Shown here one piece after another: positions 10,201-20,083 of a DNA stretch of 58,954 nt. Each line of letters starts with the position of its first letter. Position 1 is the first letter of the stretch. Below the pieces are notes generated by a model. That model worked only from the letters and a program-made list of their open reading frames with translations, was not told the origin of the DNA and ran no database searches. The stretch comes from Bacteroidota bacterium (GTDB lineage: Bacteria; Bacteroidota; Bacteroidia; UKL13-3): the NCBI GenBank assembly GCA_947446605.1, contig CANFHJ010000004.1:1-58954 (forward strand). The letters are read 5' to 3'. A program made the position numbers and the translations under genes.

Positions 10201-13200
10201 AATTCAAATATTGTTACCGGACCTATAACCCTTGAATTGCTTAGCAGCTATTCTAGCGCTAGTGAAACATTTCCTATTTCTATTACAAGATTAAATGGAG
10301 TAACCAATACAAATAATATTACTATAAGACCAATTGCAGGGGCAACCGGATTAAAAATTACTAGCGCTGCAGCTGCCACAATTGAATTTAATGGCGCACA
10401 GTATATAACCTTTGACGGAAGAGTTGGTGGGTTTGGTTCTAGAGATCTTGCAATTATAAATACTTCCTTAACGGGAGTAGCAGTTAGGTTTATTAATGAT
10501 GCCTGTTTTAACCAACTTATTCATGATTCATTAATAGGCGTTAACTCCGCATCGGCAGGTGGGGTGGTGTTTTTTTCTACAACCACCGGTGCAAGAGGAA
10601 ACGATAGCAATGTGGTAGATAATTGCGATATAAAGGATGGCGCCACAACACCTGCCACTGCTATTTATTCTTCAGGAACAACTACAACCACTGCCCAATT
10701 TAATAGCAACAATGCTATCACCAATTGCAATATTTATAATTTTTGGAACCCAACAACTGAATGCAACGCATTTAAAATTGCGAGCGGAAATACAGATTGG
10801 ATAATGAGCGGAAATAGCATGTACCAAACTGCCACTAGAACAGCTACCGCCGCATTCCAACAATACCTTTGGAACCTAAACAATGCATCTGCCAATAACC
10901 ATATTATAACCAATAATTATATTGGAGGAAGCGCCCCTTTATGCGGTGGTACGCCATGGGTGGCTACCAGTACGGTGGGTTTTAGAATTACGGGTAGCTA
11001 TTTAAACGTTGGATCAACCATACCAAGCACATTTAGTGGCAATACATTTGCAAACATTAACCTTACCAGCGGTGGTACAGCCTATGCAACAATTCCCGGC
11101 GTTTTTAGTGGGGCATGGATTGTAGGGGGATTAATAAATGTAAATAACAACACTTTTGGCAGCATGACCAGCACCAATTCTATTGTAATAAATAGCAATA
11201 TTAATAATAACAGTGTTATACCAATTGGTGCAACTGGAACCACGGCTGGTACCATAAATATTAAAAACAACCGCATGGGTGGCATAACAGTTGCAGGTAC
11301 AAGTGCTGCAATTAGTTCAAACCTTTTAGCTATTAGTTTATCTACGTCTACCGCCACAGCTACCTATAATGTTGATAGCAATATTATAGGTAATTCTTTG
11401 CCTGATAATATGATTGCATCTTCAGCTTCTACCTCTGCAACGGGTCAACAAATGGCGGGCATTTATTCCAGCAATGCCAGCTTTTTAAACATCCGTTACA
11501 ATACCATACAGAATTTTAGAAACAACACCATAGGAACATCTACAACGCCAACAAATTGGGCACACGCCATAGATATTAGCGGAAACAGTGTAGATAGCAT
11601 AATTGGAAATACGCTTGCGAATTTTACTATAGCAGCAGCCTTTCAAAACAATAATTCAGGAAGCGCCGCTTTAGTTGGTATTAGAGCGGTGCCTGCAACT
11701 GCAGCCAATTTTATTTCACGAAATACCATTTATGGATTTACATTAAGTAACGCTGGCGCAGCTACGGTTACCATTAATGGAATTGTAACTAATAATATGC
11801 TTGCACCCTCTATACTACAGAACAATTATATTCATGGTTTTAATGTTTATTCAAGCGCAGCCACCTCATCTTTATTTGGCATTAGTCAACAAGGTGGAAC
11901 AGCAAAATATATAAACAATATGGTAAACCTAGGTGTTGATTCTACAGGTAATAGCCTTACAACAACTCCACTTATTTATGGCATTTATAAATTAGCTGGA
12001 AGTATAAATCTTTTTTTTAATTCCATTTATATTGGAGGAACAAGTGTTGGAACAGGAATTGGAAATACATTTTGTTACAATAGCGCAGCAGCAGGCGTTG
12101 ATTCTGTTCTAAATAATGTGTTTTCAAACGAACGTTCAAATGCATCAACTGGAGGAACGCATTATGCTATTTTCTTAACCTCAAACACTACCCTTAATTG
12201 CAATAGCAATATTTATTATACCAGCGGCACAGGTGGCATGCTTGGAAACTTTGGAACATCACCTGCTTCAACAATGGGCTCTTGGTCTGGTCTAACTGGA
12301 TTAGACGGTGGAAGTGGATTCGCAAATCCACAATTTGCAAATCCTCTTGCTGGAAATACTTCTTTAGACATGCACATAAGTAGTTTTATTGGCTCTCCTG
12401 TAGAGCGCGGAGGTGTATTAATAAGTTATATAACAACAGATTTCGATGGTCAAAATAGAAGCAGTTTAACGCCCACCGACATTGGTGCAGATGCAGGTAA
12501 CTTTATATTATCTGATATAAGCGCTCCAAGCATTGTTCATTCACCTCTAGCAAACACAGCACTTACCACAGATAGAACATTTTTTGCAAATATTGTTGAT
12601 GGCACAGGTTTGAAATTAAATGGAACCACAAAACCAAGAGTATATTACAAAAAATCTGCAGCTGGCTTCTATTATTCAACTGCAGCAAACTTTGTTTCTG
12701 GTACACCACAAAATGGACTTTGGTCGTTTGTAATTTCATCTTCAACACTTGGATCTTTAAGTCTTGGCGACAGTGTTTATTATTATATTATTGCGCAGGA
12801 TAGTTCTGCGTTAAATAATTTATCGTCGCTCCCAGCAGGGGTGCAAGCTTTTGACGTAAATACGGTTAGCGTTCATCCTATAAGTAATTTTGCCTATACC
12901 ATCGTTCCGGGATTAAATGGTATTTTAACAGTTGGTTCGGGAGGAACATACCCATCATTAACAATGGCTGGTGGCGCTTTTGCCGCAATTAACGCTGCTT
13001 CCTTAACAGGCAATATAGAGCTTTCCATAATTAGCGATTTAGTAGAAGATGGAACAAACACCCTTAACCAATGGAATGAATCAGGTGTTGGAAATTATAC
13101 AGTTGCAATTAAGCCAAATACAAATACCTTAAGATCTATTGCTGGAATTGCCGCTGCAAATGCTGGCTTAATAACATTAAATGGGGCAGACAGGGTGCTA

Positions 13201-16068
13201 ATTGATGGGCGATATGCAGGAAGTGGCATGTACCTTTCTTTTAGAAATAGAAGTACAGGTGGCTCAACCATTAAACTGTTAAATGATGCCCATTGCGATA
13301 CCATAAAATATGCTTACATAGAAGGTTTATCAAACACCTCTCCTGGCGCTACAATTTGGTTCAATACTCCATCTGCAACAGGTACTGGTAACGATTCAAA
13401 TGCCATCATGTATTGCGTGATAAAAGACACGCTAAACAACTCCACTGCAGGTAACGTTCAAAACACCGCGTTTTATTCAAATGGAAATTACAATAGCGAA
13501 AACAGCTTTTCATATAACCAAATTTATAATTACCTATACCAAGGTGTAAACATTGGTTCGGGCCTGCTTAATCACGACAATTGGGTTTGTAACAATAATG
13601 CGTTTTTTCAAGGAGATAATGCTAGAACTAAAACTTCCAGTAGCGCTTCACAAGCATTTTATATTTACTCTGGAAATAATTGGACTATAAACAATAATAG
13701 CATAGGTGGTTCTGCTCCAGATAGAAGTGGAACCGCTTTTAAGGCAACTTGGAATACCACCCTAAACATTGTGTTTAAACCAATTGAAATTAGTGTTGGA
13801 ACAAACATTGCAAGCACCATTTCTGGAAATACTATTTCAAATATTCAAACAAACCCTCTTTTATCAACCACAGCTGCTTTTAGTGGAATATATATGGTTG
13901 CGGGTTTATGCACTATTACCAATAACATTATTGGTGGTGGCGTTAATGCGTATGATACAATTGTTGAGGGTAGTTATAACGGTGCGGCTATTAATATTAT
14001 AGGTGGTGTTGCTACTATTTCAAATAATACTATTAGTAACCTCTATAATTATTCCGTTTATTCTGCTGCCAAAACAAATACTATTGGTATTTTAATAGCT
14101 GGCGGTAGTGCCAACATTTCTGGAAATTCTATTCATGACATAAAAAGCATAAATGCAGCATTTGGAACTGCTCCAGCATTTGCAAACAGTAGTCCAACTG
14201 GAATTTATGTTGGAACCGCAAGCACCAATCTGGTAAATATTGATGGAAACACCATTTATAATCTCTCTTGCATTTCTACTGTTGCAAGCGCAACCAATGC
14301 CACTGGTATCAGTGTTTTTGGAGGAACCTGTACGTTACAACGCAATAGAATTTATAATATATTTACACTTGGTACCGGAGCTGGTATTGCCTCTCCTTAT
14401 GTATGTGGCATATTTTTAAATACATCAGGGAATTTGATTAAGAACAATCAAATTTCATTGGGCTATAATGCTGGCGGGGAATCACAGATTTTTGGTATAC
14501 AAGATTTGTCTGCAACAGGTACAAATAATATATATTATAATTCCATTTTTATTAATGGCCGAACCACTATTGGCTCAAATAATTCTTATTGTATCCAACG
14601 CACTTCTACTTCAAATACTCCTGTATGGAACAATGTATTATATAACAACAGAACTAGCGCTGGAACAGGATTTAACTTTGCTTTTGGATCGTCTAATATT
14701 TCTGGAATAAATTCTGCAGCCATTAATTATAATTTATTAGTAGTAGCCGACACAAGTAAAATAATTGAATATCCAGCTGGTGTTAATACTGGATTAAGTG
14801 CATTTAATTCAATCTATAATCCATCTACCTACAATACCAATTGGATTGAAAGAACAGTCCAAATAACTCCTCAAAGCATTTTTACTGACACAGCAATTGG
14901 AAATCTTTCAACTGTAACAAATAATGCAAATTGCTGGTATATGAATGGAAAAGGAATTGCGCTTTCTGGAATTAGTGGTGATTTTAACAATGCTACAACA
15001 ATTAGGTCTACCAGTATTTCAGCAGGAGCAACAGATATTGGTTCAACAGAATTTACAACTGGCACAGCGCCTTTCATTGCTACTGCATTTGGAACTCCAG
15101 CACTAAACTCAACCACCCTGTATAAGGTGGCAAATAGAGTTGTGGCAAGTGTTTCTTGGGGTGCAACAGGAGTTGTGCCGCTTTCGGCCAATGTGAGTTA
15201 TTATAGCGGCTTAAATGCGCCAAACCTTTTAGCGTCTAAAACACAATTTAACGCCTATGTGTCATTGGCCGCCATAGGTGCAATTGGCTTAAATTACCAA
15301 ATTTCTATTCTTGCAGATAGCGCTTGCTTTGGAAATGTAAGTGGAAGTAATTCGGCAAAATTAGCTACTTATATACCTAGCATTTGGTCACTTAAATCTG
15401 CAAGTGCATGTAATCCTTCAAATGGATTGTTGGCAACAACCGCAAGCTTAACAAATGGAAACTTATCTGCTGTTTATACAGGAACAGATATAATAAACCC
15501 CCTGCCGCTTGAATGGTTAAGTTTTAATGCATTGCAAATAAATTCTTCCGTTACAATAAATTGGAGCACAGCTTGGGAACAAAACACTTCAAGGTTTATT
15601 CTTGAAAAATCAATAGATGGTAAACACTTTTCTGAAATTGCCACCTTTGCTGCTGCTGGAAACACCTATCATGTTTCAAACTACAATTTTATTGACCAAA
15701 AGGCTTTTGGGGATAATACAAATGCGCTTTATTACCAATTGAAAGAAATTGACCGTGACGGAAGAATAAATTATAGTAAAATTGAAGTTGTTCGAATTGA
15801 ATCTTTGCCAGCTGGTGGACTAAACATTTATCCTAATCCGTTTACAAATAAAGTATATGCGGAATGGATCAGCACCATTGAAGAACCTATCTTAATTGAG
15901 GTTTATGATCTTAGCGGAAAACTAATAAGCGCCATTGAAAAAACAAGTATAATTGGAGAAAACAAATTTGAATTGAGCGCAAACACAATTTTGGAAAATG
16001 GCTTCTACCAAGTGCTTATTAAAACTTCTGGAAATACATTTACAGCTAAATTACTCAAATCAAATTAG
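7216..16068 (+). CDS. Giant (2950 aa) T9SS-secreted surface protein with three tandem beta-helix-like modules and a type A CTD
   Basis: Signal peptide ending INAQ; N/S/T/G-rich NNxI repeats; repeated DFDGxxR...TDIGADAG motifs; PLPLEWLSF domain; C-terminal IYPNPF...VYDLSGK...GFYQVLIK...KLLK. Confidence 0.9.
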   Translation: MIQMIPKLNAIKCYVFLLFLLNINSINAQTPFSGTRSVGLGGYYSNLTAAVADVLFNGVNGPVILELNSGYSSAAEAFPISIGSISGSSAANTIIIRPNSSAAYLSINGSNTSSLIDFNGAQFVSIDGRPGGTGSYSSTCLSIINNSGTAPTIRLQNEARYNTVRFCDLQSNNSTITTAISGGGVVCIGSTNGLNGNDFNSINNCDIHNAPGGNPVMGVFAYGNSTTAASNNDSNTVSNCNIYNFFNATIATSGINIATGNNGWYILNNKFYQTSALIYNGAVIHRAINISAGSGYSVNNNFIGGNNSSGTGLYAMAGPSSPTTSTHVFIAIEATFGTLATSNVNNNTITNIDFTSAFAGSLSMGGINILGGNVICNYNTIGTPGITGALKVTTNCTTNVGGLICLRSGTSVNNITFNYNTISGIEMYGNATTYTPEFHGINITQTTTTAVANNNIIGSLTVPNSINLVSTCATSTYAQRLDGFIINNTTASSVTINNNIVANLNTNYMATGTQATAIRGIYILPTSTGTYAASNNIVRNLTSATQTTGSGINCGIVGIGVSTTTANVNLIGNQIHSLALTGASTTAAVQCEGIFYSGMSSGTNLINKNSIHSLSINALNTSAYLTAIDAGAGLLTLSNNMIRLGFDSLGTSITTPCFIRGISKNVSVVTMYFNSIYIGGSNVGTSTSNTFAFQRTAAAADIIKNNIFVNNRSNSSTGGKHYQCFLINNTTYTTSNNIYFGNGTGAVFATINNGTSDILSFTSNWVSGDASSISSDPQFMNATGSAAFGDLHISITNPTVVEQGGIAITGFTDDFDGDLRASYTATDIGADAGNFIVNDIMPPTISIPSLLGNTVSTSDRTFSATITDVTGVYRTATYRPRIYFRKSSSSSYASNQGVFLSGSSQSGTWSFTISAAALGGISAGDSIYYYLVAQDSATINNIGFLPLGGLAIDVNSISVNPASPYGYKISSAISGGYTVGLGGTYPTLTNAFADINSNIVTGPITLELLSSYSSASETFPISITRLNGVTNTNNITIRPIAGATGLKITSAAAATIEFNGAQYITFDGRVGGFGSRDLAIINTSLTGVAVRFINDACFNQLIHDSLIGVNSASAGGVVFFSTTTGARGNDSNVVDNCDIKDGATTPATAIYSSGTTTTTAQFNSNNAITNCNIYNFWNPTTECNAFKIASGNTDWIMSGNSMYQTATRTATAAFQQYLWNLNNASANNHIITNNYIGGSAPLCGGTPWVATSTVGFRITGSYLNVGSTIPSTFSGNTFANINLTSGGTAYATIPGVFSGAWIVGGLINVNNNTFGSMTSTNSIVINSNINNNSVIPIGATGTTAGTINIKNNRMGGITVAGTSAAISSNLLAISLSTSTATATYNVDSNIIGNSLPDNMIASSASTSATGQQMAGIYSSNASFLNIRYNTIQNFRNNTIGTSTTPTNWAHAIDISGNSVDSIIGNTLANFTIAAAFQNNNSGSAALVGIRAVPATAANFISRNTIYGFTLSNAGAATVTINGIVTNNMLAPSILQNNYIHGFNVYSSAATSSLFGISQQGGTAKYINNMVNLGVDSTGNSLTTTPLIYGIYKLAGSINLFFNSIYIGGTSVGTGIGNTFCYNSAAAGVDSVLNNVFSNERSNASTGGTHYAIFLTSNTTLNCNSNIYYTSGTGGMLGNFGTSPASTMGSWSGLTGLDGGSGFANPQFANPLAGNTSLDMHISSFIGSPVERGGVLISYITTDFDGQNRSSLTPTDIGADAGNFILSDISAPSIVHSPLANTALTTDRTFFANIVDGTGLKLNGTTKPRVYYKKSAAGFYYSTAANFVSGTPQNGLWSFVISSSTLGSLSLGDSVYYYIIAQDSSALNNLSSLPAGVQAFDVNTVSVHPISNFAYTIVPGLNGILTVGSGGTYPSLTMAGGAFAAINAASLTGNIELSIISDLVEDGTNTLNQWNESGVGNYTVAIKPNTNTLRSIAGIAAANAGLITLNGADRVLIDGRYAGSGMYLSFRNRSTGGSTIKLLNDAHCDTIKYAYIEGLSNTSPGATIWFNTPSATGTGNDSNAIMYCVIKDTLNNSTAGNVQNTAFYSNGNYNSENSFSYNQIYNYLYQGVNIGSGLLNHDNWVCNNNAFFQGDNARTKTSSSASQAFYIYSGNNWTINNNSIGGSAPDRSGTAFKATWNTTLNIVFKPIEISVGTNIASTISGNTISNIQTNPLLSTTAAFSGIYMVAGLCTITNNIIGGGVNAYDTIVEGSYNGAAINIIGGVATISNNTISNLYNYSVYSAAKTNTIGILIAGGSANISGNSIHDIKSINAAFGTAPAFANSSPTGIYVGTASTNLVNIDGNTIYNLSCISTVASATNATGISVFGGTCTLQRNRIYNIFTLGTGAGIASPYVCGIFLNTSGNLIKNNQISLGYNAGGESQIFGIQDLSATGTNNIYYNSIFINGRTTIGSNNSYCIQRTSTSNTPVWNNVLYNNRTSAGTGFNFAFGSSNISGINSAAINYNLLVVADTSKIIEYPAGVNTGLSAFNSIYNPSTYNTNWIERTVQITPQSIFTDTAIGNLSTVTNNANCWYMNGKGIALSGISGDFNNATTIRSTSISAGATDIGSTEFTTGTAPFIATAFGTPALNSTTLYKVANRVVASVSWGATGVVPLSANVSYYSGLNAPNLLASKTQFNAYVSLAAIGAIGLNYQISILADSACFGNVSGSNSAKLATYIPSIWSLKSASACNPSNGLLATTASLTNGNLSAVYTGTDIINPLPLEWLSFNALQINSSVTINWSTAWEQNTSRFILEKSIDGKHFSEIATFAAAGNTYHVSNYNFIDQKAFGDNTNALYYQLKEIDRDGRINYSKIEVVRIESLPAGGLNIYPNPFTNKVYAEWISTIEEPILIEVYDLSGKLISAIEKTSIIGENKFELSANTILENGFYQVLIKTSGNTFTAKLLKSN

Positions 16069-16079
16069 CAGGTAAAAGC

Positions 16080-16133
16080 AAAAAAATAGCCATTAATTAA
16101 ATCGCTTAGGTTAAAATTAATGGCTATTTTTTT
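16080..16133. terminator. Bidirectional intrinsic terminator between convergent genes
   Basis: Perfect 19-bp inverted repeat AAAAAAATAGCCATTAATT / AATTAATGGCTATTTTTTT with A- and T-tracts at the two ends. Confidence 0.8.
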
Positions 16134-16135
16134 CT

Positions 16136-17281
16136 CTAGGAGGGTTTCTCCTCATGGCCATCGGCATGCTTGGCAAACCTGCCCCTGCTTCTTGGATGAA
16201 CTTGATCATACCTACTCCAAGGCCAACCGCCAAATTGTGTGCGGTGGTAATCTTCAAAAGCTTGGTTAATTTCTTCTTTGGTATTCATTACAAACGGACC
16301 GTATTGTATTACATGCTCCCCAATAGGTCTGCCCTGCAAAACTAAAATGCGCGTATCTCCTGCTCCCCCAACAAGATCTAAAGCTATATCGCTTTGAACC
16401 GAAATGGCATGGTAGGAAGAAATAGTTTGTCCGTCTATTTGCAGGCCATTTCCTTCATAATAATAAAGTGTTCTATTTACGCCTTCACTTGCTGCTGGTA
16501 TATGCAAATGTGCCCCATCTTGCATTAAAATATTCCAAACACCAACCTCATGTGCAGCTTCTGCGGCCCATGAATCTGGCGGAGCTGCCAAGGCTTTGTG
16601 TTTTCCAAAATTTCCGGCAATTACTTCAATAATAGATCTCTTTCCCTGCTTGTCTTGCTCTGTCACTTTAGGAATATTTTCCGCCCATAACATTTTAAAA
16701 TGGGGCGCAACCATTTTGTTCTTTGCAGGCAAATTGAGCCATATCTGAAACAACTCTGTAGGGTTTTCTTCCTCTTGGTTTAATAGGGGAAACATTTCGG
16801 AATGTTGCACTCCCCTGCCGGCTGTCATCCATTGCACATCTCCATTGCCATAACGACCAGCAGCACCTAATGAATCTGCGTGGTCAACTAATCCTTTGCG
16901 CACCACAGTTATGGTTTCAAATCCCCTATGCGGGTGACCAGGAAAGCCCGGAACGGTTTTTCCATGGTACATCCTAAAACCATTTTTTATAATAAAATCA
17001 TCGCCTATACTTCTTCCCAATAATTCACTTGTTGCAGGTCCCATATTCTCATCACCCTTTGGAAATTGGTCTTCATGGTGCACACAAAACAAAAACGGAT
17101 CTGCTGTTTCCCACTGAAAGCCCATTGGTTTAACCTGTATAATTGCATTCTTCTTTTCCATATTCTTCTGATAAACTTTTTTAATTGATGCAGCCGCATT
17201 TTCTAAAGGAGCAGTAATAACTGCACCTATTCCAAGCATCATTTTATTGATAAATTTTCTTCTGTTGCTATAGCCATTCAT
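16136..17281 (-). CDS. Pirin family (bicupin) protein with a twin-arginine-like N-terminal extension
   Basis: DPFLF, GFPGHPHRGFETIT, GDVQWMTAGRGVQHSE, FQIWLNLP and GPFVMNT; ATG 17281 preferred, with an alternative ATG at 17161. Confidence 0.92.
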   Translation of the reverse strand: MNGYSNRRKFINKMMLGIGAVITAPLENAAASIKKVYQKNMEKKNAIIQVKPMGFQWETADPFLFCVHHEDQFPKGDENMGPATSELLGRSIGDDFIIKNGFRMYHGKTVPGFPGHPHRGFETITVVRKGLVDHADSLGAAGRYGNGDVQWMTAGRGVQHSEMFPLLNQEEENPTELFQIWLNLPAKNKMVAPHFKMLWAENIPKVTEQDKQGKRSIIEVIAGNFGKHKALAAPPDSWAAEAAHEVGVWNILMQDGAHLHIPAASEGVNRTLYYYEGNGLQIDGQTISSYHAISVQSDIALDLVGGAGDTRILVLQGRPIGEHVIQYGPFVMNTKEEINQAFEDYHRTQFGGWPWSRYDQVHPRSRGRFAKHADGHEEKPS

Positions 17282-17329
17282 AGGCACCAAAAATAAGCTT
17301 TGACAAGGATTTGTAAAGCACTTTTTCTT

Positions 17330-20062
17330 CTATTCTTCAATAAATAAATCTACGGTAAATTCAAATTGCCCCTCTTGGTAGGCTTTATAATTGGTATGCC
17401 AATAATTATTAAACACATACCAAAAAACAATATCGGTTTTCTGAGCAGCGGTTTTCCAAGCCTTTGCACCATTGGTTTTGTTTTCATCTATAATTCCTCC
17501 AACTTCAAGCAAAGCCAATCCTGGAGATTTTATAAGATATTTGCCATTAGCTCCCTCCAATAAAACTTGATTCGGTACACAAACAAACTCCTTGTTTGAA
17601 CCATCCAATAAACTGCCTGGATACTCCATCATTTTTTGTTCTGTTCCGTAACTTAGCTTTGCCGTGCCATCCCCAATTGGCATAGCCAAATGCAGCGATT
17701 CCTTGCCTTTCTCCACTGCCTTATCAAAACGATAAGTACAACTTATTTGTGCATTGGTTTTATCCAATAAATACACCAAGGTAATGGCAGGCATCGAAGG
17801 CAATTTACCTTTTACAATAACACATTTAAAAACCGCATTGTCCATTTCGGTTCGAACCGAATCCACTTGCATGAAATGCTTTTGCATGGGATTAATTCCC
17901 AAACTATAAATGGGCTCAAACAAAGCATAATCTGCTTTTTTATTGACCCTGTTTTCTCCATCTACCCATAAATATTTTATACCTCCATGCACACTATCTA
18001 TTTCAAAATCTACTTTGTGCAAATGCCCCGAATTGTCTGCAATTTCCTCGCTCAAGCTAATTCCCATTTCTAAAACAATCTTCTTAAAATAGAATTGTGC
18101 CGAATCTAAAAAGCTCTTTTTTATTTCCCATTGCTTTGTTGTAAATGCAATTTCTGGATCAGAAATGCTACACCAAGAACCCCAAGTATGCTCATGAAAC
18201 AACACAATATTTTTATGCAATAAATAAAAATCATTTGCATACTTAACTTTGGTTTTATACCTATTAGCCTCCGCCTCCATTTGAAGTGTTTTCTCTACCA
18301 AATAGCGCATTTTAATTTCTTCAACCGCGGTAGAATAAGCTCCATCCTCCCAGTAAGGAGCTATCTCTCCAGTATAAGATGGCAACTGATTTTTATAACG
18401 TTTTTCAAATTGGCCAAACAAATTATTAAGCGAGGTAATATGTATTTGAGGACTACTGTATTGTGCATTCCAATTTTCAATAAAAGCACATAGCGTTGTG
18501 TCAACAGGACCATTATCGCTTATTTTGGTATAGCGCAATTGCACCAAATCATAAGGATAATTTTGTGCCAATAATTCTTCACAATAATCAGAAATTCTTT
18601 GTTCCCAGTCTGCTTGCTTAGTGCTTTCTGGAATGCCATGAAAATAAGAATAACCCTTACCTGCTGTCCATACCAAAATTTGCTGCTTAGAGGCTGAATC
18701 AGGCTTCCAATAAAAAGCTTTATCGCCTTGCTCACGCAACAAGGATCCTACCCTATCACCCCTATCTGGCAAGCTTCCAATATAATTTGGACCAAATGAT
18801 AAATAAGGAATTTTGGCATTGGTATACGATTTAAATCCTGCATAAGACAAGCCCGGAATATCGGTGGTCATTACATTATGAATAACAAAACCATAAGTTT
18901 TTTCTAAATAATGCGCGTATTCCAAAGCCCAACTCAATTCTTCCTCTCTGCCTAAGCCTGTAAGGATATTTGCATAATTGGCAGATAAAACAATTTGACC
19001 AGATTTAACATGTCTTACAAATAATTCCTTTTCAGAAACACTGGCAATGCGTAAAAAATTCTCAACTGCCCACAAAGACTCAATATGCCAATAGGGTTTC
19101 TCTTGGGCATTTTTGTTTTGTTCAATCCATCGAATAGCACTGCTAATATTCCTGTTTTGAATTTGCTCAACTTCCGTTTGCAAATGAGAGTAACCAATAT
19201 CATTATGAGAATGATGTATAAGTTGAAACGAATAGGAATGAATAGGTTTTAGGTAAATTTTTTCTGTGATTTTTAGGGTATTATTAACCATACACAAAAC
19301 CTGCTGAGGCCCTACCAATGAGGTGTCATAGGCTGCAATACTTAATTTATTGTAACCCTCTAATAAACTAAAATGAAAAACATTTTTACCAAAAATAAAT
19401 TCAAAAGGAGTTATTCCTTTATAGGGGTTATCAATAAAAATATTTACCTGCCGCTTATTGCTTTTTCTCAAAACCAAATTGCTTGGCTGTATGCTAATCT
19501 TTAGTTCTTTGGCATACATAAATACCATTAACCAATCTCTGCTTTCTAAGTTTTTACCACTAAAGGTGAAAACCGCAGAGTCCTTTACAAACGAGCTTGG
19601 AACACTAATATAAAGCTTACCAAAAGCATCGTAATTCAAATCAAATTCTTGGTTTTTAAAATAAAAAGAAGTGCACAATAAGCCATCACCCTTAGCAATA
19701 AAATTTCCCTTTTGGTGCTTTTCTGTTACAAACCCAAAAAGATAATTTCCATTTAATTTTACATCAAAAATTCTTTGACCGCTGCTGGTACCCGTTGAAT
19801 GCCCAATCAATAATTCGTAACAAACTTTTTGTTTTTTTCCATTGTAAACAGGCGCCTCCCAAGAAATTTCAGATTGCCCGTTAGCCCTTGTTAAAAGTGC
19901 CCTTGGCGCAAATTGATGCATAGGAGAAAAATAATTTATTTCCTCTCCAAAAACTGTTGAAGCATAGCCATTAAGCGTGTCTTGGTCTTGGCCAATAACA
20001 CGCAAAGCAAACAAGAAAAAGAAAATAAAAAATCTGCAATTGAGGCAATTCAAATTTTTCAC
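17330..20062 (-). CDS. Secreted GH38-like (alpha-mannosidase-type) glycoside hydrolase
   Basis: Signal-peptide-like N-terminus; HHSHNDIGY metal motif, TTDIPG nucleophile region, WEDGAYS, HEHTWG, NNYWHTNY. Confidence 0.72.
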   Translation of the reverse strand: MKNLNCLNCRFFIFFFLFALRVIGQDQDTLNGYASTVFGEEINYFSPMHQFAPRALLTRANGQSEISWEAPVYNGKKQKVCYELLIGHSTGTSSGQRIFDVKLNGNYLFGFVTEKHQKGNFIAKGDGLLCTSFYFKNQEFDLNYDAFGKLYISVPSSFVKDSAVFTFSGKNLESRDWLMVFMYAKELKISIQPSNLVLRKSNKRQVNIFIDNPYKGITPFEFIFGKNVFHFSLLEGYNKLSIAAYDTSLVGPQQVLCMVNNTLKITEKIYLKPIHSYSFQLIHHSHNDIGYSHLQTEVEQIQNRNISSAIRWIEQNKNAQEKPYWHIESLWAVENFLRIASVSEKELFVRHVKSGQIVLSANYANILTGLGREEELSWALEYAHYLEKTYGFVIHNVMTTDIPGLSYAGFKSYTNAKIPYLSFGPNYIGSLPDRGDRVGSLLREQGDKAFYWKPDSASKQQILVWTAGKGYSYFHGIPESTKQADWEQRISDYCEELLAQNYPYDLVQLRYTKISDNGPVDTTLCAFIENWNAQYSSPQIHITSLNNLFGQFEKRYKNQLPSYTGEIAPYWEDGAYSTAVEEIKMRYLVEKTLQMEAEANRYKTKVKYANDFYLLHKNIVLFHEHTWGSWCSISDPEIAFTTKQWEIKKSFLDSAQFYFKKIVLEMGISLSEEIADNSGHLHKVDFEIDSVHGGIKYLWVDGENRVNKKADYALFEPIYSLGINPMQKHFMQVDSVRTEMDNAVFKCVIVKGKLPSMPAITLVYLLDKTNAQISCTYRFDKAVEKGKESLHLAMPIGDGTAKLSYGTEQKMMEYPGSLLDGSNKEFVCVPNQVLLEGANGKYLIKSPGLALLEVGGIIDENKTNGAKAWKTAAQKTDIVFWYVFNNYWHTNYKAYQEGQFEFTVDLFIEE

Positions 20063-20083
20063 GGAAAGAAATTTATGGATTAA

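Noticed and set aside
7216-16068. Giant gene as a contact-dependent toxin, RTX protein or diversity-generating retroelement target
   Set aside because: No toxin tip, immunity gene, RTX nonapeptides, reverse transcriptase or near-identical template repeat; it ends in a standard T9SS CTD
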